64,000 nt of DNA from IMG/VR virus record IMGVR_UViG_3300042270_000151, positions 62,001-126,000 of that record, one strand, 5' to 3'. A program made the translations under genes and the position numbers. Origin of the DNA: an uncultured virus (IMG/VR IMGVR_UViG_3300042270_000151) (lineage: Duplodnaviria > Heunggongvirae > Uroviricota > Caudoviricetes). Below are positions 59,534-64,000 of the stretch, one piece after another; positions within the stretch are counted from its first letter, which is position 1; the number at the start of each line of letters is the position of its first letter. Under the pieces are notes generated by a model that was given only the letters and a program-made list of their open reading frames with translations, had not been told where the DNA came from and ran no database searches.

Positions 59534-60035
59534 AGTCATTGTAGTCGAAGGGGCCATTGAACGTAAAATGGGACGTAAGGTTATAGAAGCCTTAAGGGAC
59601 CTAGAGTCGACCGTAGTCGCCCCTATTGTGATGTTGATTAATAGTCCGGGTGGCGACGTTGCAGTGGCACGCTCCATTGTCGATACGATGGAGGCGATCG
59701 AGTCTCCGGTCTATACACTTTCGATCGGTCTAGCCGCTTCAGCCGGCGCACTCTTACTGTGTTCAGGTCAACCGGGTAAGCGATACGCCACCGTGAATAC
59801 TGAGATCATGATACATCAGCCCAGAGGTACCAGCGCTATAATGGCGCCTCGCCTGGAGTACATGAACTATATTAAGGATACCTTATCCAAGCACATCGCC
59901 GATCGATGCAATCGCAGTGAGTCTGAAATTGCAGCATACTGTGAGACTGACTATTACCTAACCGCAGAAGAAGCACTGGCGTTGGGACTAATCGATGAAG
60001 TTGTGCAACATAATTATCAGCTTGAGGATTATTGA
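59526..60035 (+). CDS. clpP: ClpP-like protease subunit
   Basis: INSPGG, GLAASAG, MIHQP and DYYLTAEEALALGLID. Confidence 0.88.
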   Translation: MARVIVVEGAIERKMGRKVIEALRDLESTVVAPIVMLINSPGGDVAVARSIVDTMEAIESPVYTLSIGLAASAGALLLCSGQPGKRYATVNTEIMIHQPRGTSAIMAPRLEYMNYIKDTLSKHIADRCNRSESEIAAYCETDYYLTAEEALALGLIDEVVQHNYQLEDY

Positions 60036-60646
60036 TGTCATTGAAATGGATGGTGTGCGGTAATGCGCGGCATGGGAAGGACACCGTCTCCCTGTACCTC
60101 ACCGTAGTCTACGGACTGCAATACGAGTCCTCCTCCTTATTTGTATGTCGGCGGTTTATCTTTGACAGACTTGCCCCCCTCTATGGATATACCACTGTAG
60201 AGGAATGCTACGCGGATCGAGGTAACCACCGTAAGGAGTGGTTTGACCTGATCGTCGAGTACAATGGGGAGCACCTAGACCGTGTCTCCAGAGAGATTTT
60301 CGAAGAGCACGATATTTACTGTGGTCTTCGAAACATAGATGAGCTGAACGCCTCTAAGGCTAATAAAGCTCATGACTTTGAAATATGGGTAGATGCCAGT
60401 AAACGTAAGCCATTGGAACCGGCCTCCTCCCTAACGATTACGGCGGATGACTGTACCCATTACGTTGACAATAACGGTACGTTAGTAGAGTTGTTTGAGA
60501 ACGTGGATGACCTGATGCAAACCGTGGGCACCCATCCAGTTCCCTTTAGCGATTTCAATGTACATGCTATCGAAGTACACCTTCCAGATCCACTGGAACG
60601 CGCCTACTTTACACGGGCGCTGTTAGACCACCTTGAGCTTGCATAA
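60032..60646 (+). CDS. Putative deoxynucleoside monophosphate kinase
   Basis: GNARHGKDT P-loop, GLRNIDE and DNNGT. Confidence 0.7.
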   Translation: MMSLKWMVCGNARHGKDTVSLYLTVVYGLQYESSSLFVCRRFIFDRLAPLYGYTTVEECYADRGNHRKEWFDLIVEYNGEHLDRVSREIFEEHDIYCGLRNIDELNASKANKAHDFEIWVDASKRKPLEPASSLTITADDCTHYVDNNGTLVELFENVDDLMQTVGTHPVPFSDFNVHAIEVHLPDPLERAYFTRALLDHLELA

Positions 60647-60648
60647 AC

Positions 60649-60683
60649 TATACTCCCAGAGCCCTAAAGGCTCTGGGAGTATA
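60649..60683. terminator. Bidirectional hairpin between convergent genes
   Basis: TATACTCCCAGAGCC/GGCTCTGGGAGTATA. Confidence 0.7.
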
Positions 60684-61253
60684 TTAACTGTTATTTATTT
60701 CTGTCATTAACTCATCCGCTAACTCACCCTCAAGGTGATTAGAGGCGGAGCATGCATTGGTTACCAGCCGATAGGTCTCCACTGGTAAACTGAGTATGGC
60801 ATCTAAACCCATGCCAGTTTTCTGTGGGACCTTTAATCGAATCAACCGCCGTATTTCATTCGCATATAGCGAGTACGGAATGGTTTGACTGGCTGAGGTA
60901 TGTCGCACCAAAGGCGTAGCGACGTCGTAGACGACGGTGGAGTGGTCGTGGATACCTAAAATTGTTTCATATTGTTCCGCCATTAATAGCTGGAGTACAA
61001 TATTGCTCTTAGGCGTCTTTAGCTCCAGTAATGCCTCTGACAGTGCGGTGCTTTGTTTCTTGGATAAGCCAAAATCTGCAAACAAAGTTGAATGGGGTGT
61101 GGGTCGCTTAAACAGTGCGGTATTCGTGGTTTCTTTCACCACGGTATGACAATGGGGACAGACACGTCCTTTCATGTTGTCCCCATTGCTCTTCCCGCAC
61201 AGACAGCTGATTATGGGTTGGTTGAGATAGTGGCCTCGTGTTCCCATTTCCAC
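60684..61253 (-). CDS. Hypothetical protein with N-terminal zinc ribbon
   Basis: CLCG...CPHC. Confidence 0.55.
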   Translation of the reverse strand: MEMGTRGHYLNQPIISCLCGKSNGDNMKGRVCPHCHTVVKETTNTALFKRPTPHSTLFADFGLSKKQSTALSEALLELKTPKSNIVLQLLMAEQYETILGIHDHSTVVYDVATPLVRHTSASQTIPYSLYANEIRRLIRLKVPQKTGMGLDAILSLPVETYRLVTNACSASNHLEGELADELMTEINNS

Positions 61254-62851
61254 ACCATGATGGTAAAAAAATACGCCACCATGTCCATTGGAATCAGCCC
61301 ATGTTCTGCTTCAGCCGGATCCAACTGCGGTTCATTACAGGATGGGCATACATAGTTCGGTATACCTGTAAAGGTCACCTGTGCTTCCACCCGGTGACGG
61401 TCAACCGCTTCGATGATGTTCCTCGCTAACGCCTTGTCTTCAGCCAACGTCTCCAATGAGCTGAACAAGGTATCAGTATCTGAAACAATGCGTGGTTCAT
61501 CTTCACCCGGCACATGCATCTGGAGGTTCTTTATCCACGCAGCATGCTTTTGCAGACGCAGTGCGTGCTGGTAGTTGCGGATAAAGCTAATGCGCTTGGT
61601 GCGACGAGTTTCACGGTCCGCATCCGTAATGCGATCCATCGCGGCATTGACCATTTCCATTACCCCGTTAATCCACAGTCGACCTACACGCTCATAGGTT
61701 TCCAGGTTGGGCTGGTGGAAGGCAATTTTTACGATGGCCCCACTGTCAGACAAAGGTGCACTCAAAGGCTCCAAGGTGTTAAATTCATCTTGATATTCTT
61801 CGATCTGCTCGACAGTATGTACATTGTTACCGGCTGACATAAACCGACGCGCCTTCGGACTAACTCGGGTGCGATCCGTCCAGACCACCTTTTTAAAGTC
61901 CAGCAGACTGTCGACTTTAAACTCAATACCGTCAATATCGACTTCCAGGGTAGGATTGTAGTCACACTTACTAGTGCCACTGTTCTTACACTTATGGACT
62001 GTTGGGTAGCCTGAGGGGTAAATAGATGCCAGAGCACCCGCCAACAGTGCAGGAATATCCATGACCTTCAGCAGTTTCTTCAGAACCGCCTTATCCCCGA
62101 CCATCCAGCCACGTATGTTGGTGGCAATAACGTGATCGAGGATGAAGTCCACCACCTCAGAGATGATGTTCACATCCCCACCTGAAAACAACATGCCGCC
62201 GGTTTCATACCCGATCTCAGCGCGGGTCTCTGTCAAGGCTAGGTTCAGTGAGAGAATCTCTGAGGTCTTAAAGTTACCTAGGGTTAGTACCAGACCTGAC
62301 GACCAGCAGGGTACCTTAGTTGGCTTACCAATACCCAGTGCATTCTGAATCGCCATAATGGCAGAGGGCCCGGACATAGCCTGACTGCTACCTAGTGCAA
62401 CGTTCTGACCACCGATACGGATAGGACCTTTATCAGAATCAATCGCCTGTACAAACTCAGCTCCTTCACGGGTGAAGAGGTCGGCGTACTGTCCATGCCG
62501 CCAATGTCCAAGATAGGTCTGGCGAAGGTGGTCCGCATAAGCCTGTACCGCAGAGCGTGCTGCGGATTCAGACATGTTCGCCTCGGCTTCCAGCGCATAG
62601 TCACGAATCAGACGATCGAGGGTCTCAACGGTTGTTGTTTCCATGGGTACTGGGAACACCCAATCGCGTACTCGAATACCCGGTTCTGCTGAAAGGTCTT
62701 TGAAGGGGTTAGCCTCCAGGATAACGGTAGGTTTATGGGTTGCTGTACTGGACTCTTCACCAACCACAGCGTCTTGAGTAGGAGTCTCTTCGGTGCCGTT
62801 GAATGGATTCTGTTCTTCAGTGCTCATCGTTGATAATTCCTTGTACATCAA
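61211..62851 (-). CDS. phiKZ-like hypothetical protein with C-terminal CxxC
   Basis: 546 aa with CPSC near the C-terminus; start probably ATG 62827. Confidence 0.6.
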   Translation of the reverse strand: MMYKELSTMSTEEQNPFNGTEETPTQDAVVGEESSTATHKPTVILEANPFKDLSAEPGIRVRDWVFPVPMETTTVETLDRLIRDYALEAEANMSESAARSAVQAYADHLRQTYLGHWRHGQYADLFTREGAEFVQAIDSDKGPIRIGGQNVALGSSQAMSGPSAIMAIQNALGIGKPTKVPCWSSGLVLTLGNFKTSEILSLNLALTETRAEIGYETGGMLFSGGDVNIISEVVDFILDHVIATNIRGWMVGDKAVLKKLLKVMDIPALLAGALASIYPSGYPTVHKCKNSGTSKCDYNPTLEVDIDGIEFKVDSLLDFKKVVWTDRTRVSPKARRFMSAGNNVHTVEQIEEYQDEFNTLEPLSAPLSDSGAIVKIAFHQPNLETYERVGRLWINGVMEMVNAAMDRITDADRETRRTKRISFIRNYQHALRLQKHAAWIKNLQMHVPGEDEPRIVSDTDTLFSSLETLAEDKALARNIIEAVDRHRVEAQVTFTGIPNYVCPSCNEPQLDPAEAEHGLIPMDMVAYFFTIMVWKWEHEATISTNP

Positions 62852-63212
62852 TGTTCAGTCCTGCATCGGGTACAGCCCGTGCGGTAAAGGCATTCGCCAT
62901 CGGTACAATTTCATCAAAGAGACGATCTTTGACGTCTGAAATCTCGACAAACGATTTCAGGTACAGCGGATGATCGTCATCAGATACATAGGTCATGCCC
63001 TTGGGCACCTGTGCCAGTGTCTCGGTAAGCGTCTCCCTGACCTCAGTGAGTGCTTGTGCTAGCTCATCATCATACTGCGTTTTATCCTGCTGCACCACGG
63101 CTACCATACCTGCAGCGATGTGACGAACAATGTCATCACAGCATTTCGCTAGCTCTAAGATACTGCTCCACTCTGCCAGCGGCATTGCGTCTTGGGGGGT
63201 GTGCTGTTCCAT
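62817..63212 (-). CDS. Hypothetical protein
   Basis: In frame with ORF 62817-63353; ATG 63212 follows GGAG on the minus strand. Confidence 0.55.
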   Translation of the reverse strand: MEQHTPQDAMPLAEWSSILELAKCCDDIVRHIAAGMVAVVQQDKTQYDDELAQALTEVRETLTETLAQVPKGMTYVSDDDHPLYLKSFVEISDVKDRLFDEIVPMANAFTARAVPDAGLNIDVQGIINDEH

Positions 63213-63481
63213 TGTATTTCTCCGTAAACTGCTATTCTTGCTAGAGCATATACTAGGGTTATAATTTTTCACGTATAATTCCTTTAGGGTGGTTAAAATG
63301 ATTTTATTTCTGAAATCGAGGGTCAATGTTTCCGGGGGTGTGCCTGTGGGCAAACCTCGATGGGACGGGGGTTTTTGGCAAGGTCGGAATTACGGAAAAA
63401 GTAGTATATATAACCAACACACTGCACCCCTCTAACTGTGGGGTGAAATGGTATGTTCCCAGTCTATAGGAGAGACGTATA

Positions 63482-64000
63482 ATGGATACGTTATTTGATC
63501 GCATTTCCAGTTTTATACCCTTAGAGCATCTCAGTGTATTTATACAGACAGAGCAGTTACTGCAGGGGGTAGGCTATACCGACCATGAACTCGACCTAGA
63601 AGAAGCCGATGTAGGGTTAGAGGAAAGTAACGACATTATCGCCAGCATTAATTACCGCTACAGCGAGCACCTAGAGCGTTACCTCAGTGGATTAGGGGTA
63701 TGGCTCAATGCAGAGGAGTCTCACCGCTTGGATCACCTCATTCAATTAGCCGAAGCCTGCACTGTCCTTACAGACCCCCTCTTGGTGGATGTTAGCCTAG
63801 CACTCGACCCTGAAGCAGTGGATGCAAATGAGCGACTCATTTCGGCGCTGGTACATATAAATGACCTTAGTATCCATCAGCTCAGATCCTTAATCGGATT
63901 CACAGATGGTCGTCTGTTAGATGCCTATACGGGCATAGAGCGTATTGAGCCGTACGTCAATGAAGGGGAGGAAGCAGAGGCACGGTTAAAACACGCGATC
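63482..64000 (+). CDS. Hypothetical protein, partial (runs off the window)
   Basis: AGGAG RBS, ATG 63482 and an open frame to the window end (MDTLFDRISSFIPLE...). Confidence 0.6.
   Translation, partial: MDTLFDRISSFIPLEHLSVFIQTEQLLQGVGYTDHELDLEEADVGLEESNDIIASINYRYSEHLERYLSGLGVWLNAEESHRLDHLIQLAEACTVLTDPLLVDVSLALDPEAVDANERLISALVHINDLSIHQLRSLIGFTDGRLLDAYTGIERIEPYVNEGEEAEARLKHAI

Noticed and set aside
1..64000. CRISPR array, rRNA genes, integrase or transposase, or stop-codon reassignment
   Set aside because: No regularly spaced repeats, rRNA signatures or recombinase motifs were seen, and conserved genes are full length in the standard bacterial code.
1..64000. A second DGR variable repeat matching the TR
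   Set aside because: None noticed by eye in this window; a computational search and the rest of the genome remain unchecked.

Overview
A 64-kb segment of a phiKZ-like, nucleus-forming jumbo phage (Chimalliviridae-type). It carries the terminase large subunit, PhuZ tubulin, a family-B-like DNA polymerase, a chimallin-sized gene in the chimallin position, split non-virion RNA polymerase subunits, class Ia NrdAB and eight copies of the phiKZ-type early promoter CCTATAT(T/C)AC. The standout system is a complete diversity-generating retroelement (12493-15844): an adhesin-like target, avd, TR and RT, with 15 VR/TR mismatches in 125 nt, all at TR adenines. It sits just downstream of an apparently chimeric tRNA-Leu. 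The RNAP catalytic NADFDGD motif is split by two tandem group I introns around a 12-nt micro-exon (FDGD). PhuZ is interrupted in its GTP-binding motif by an HNH-encoding group I intron, and the SF2 helicase carries an Ala-start class 3 mini-intein in its Walker A motif. Assignments to phiKZ gene numbers rest on motifs and remembered gene order; no database search was run.
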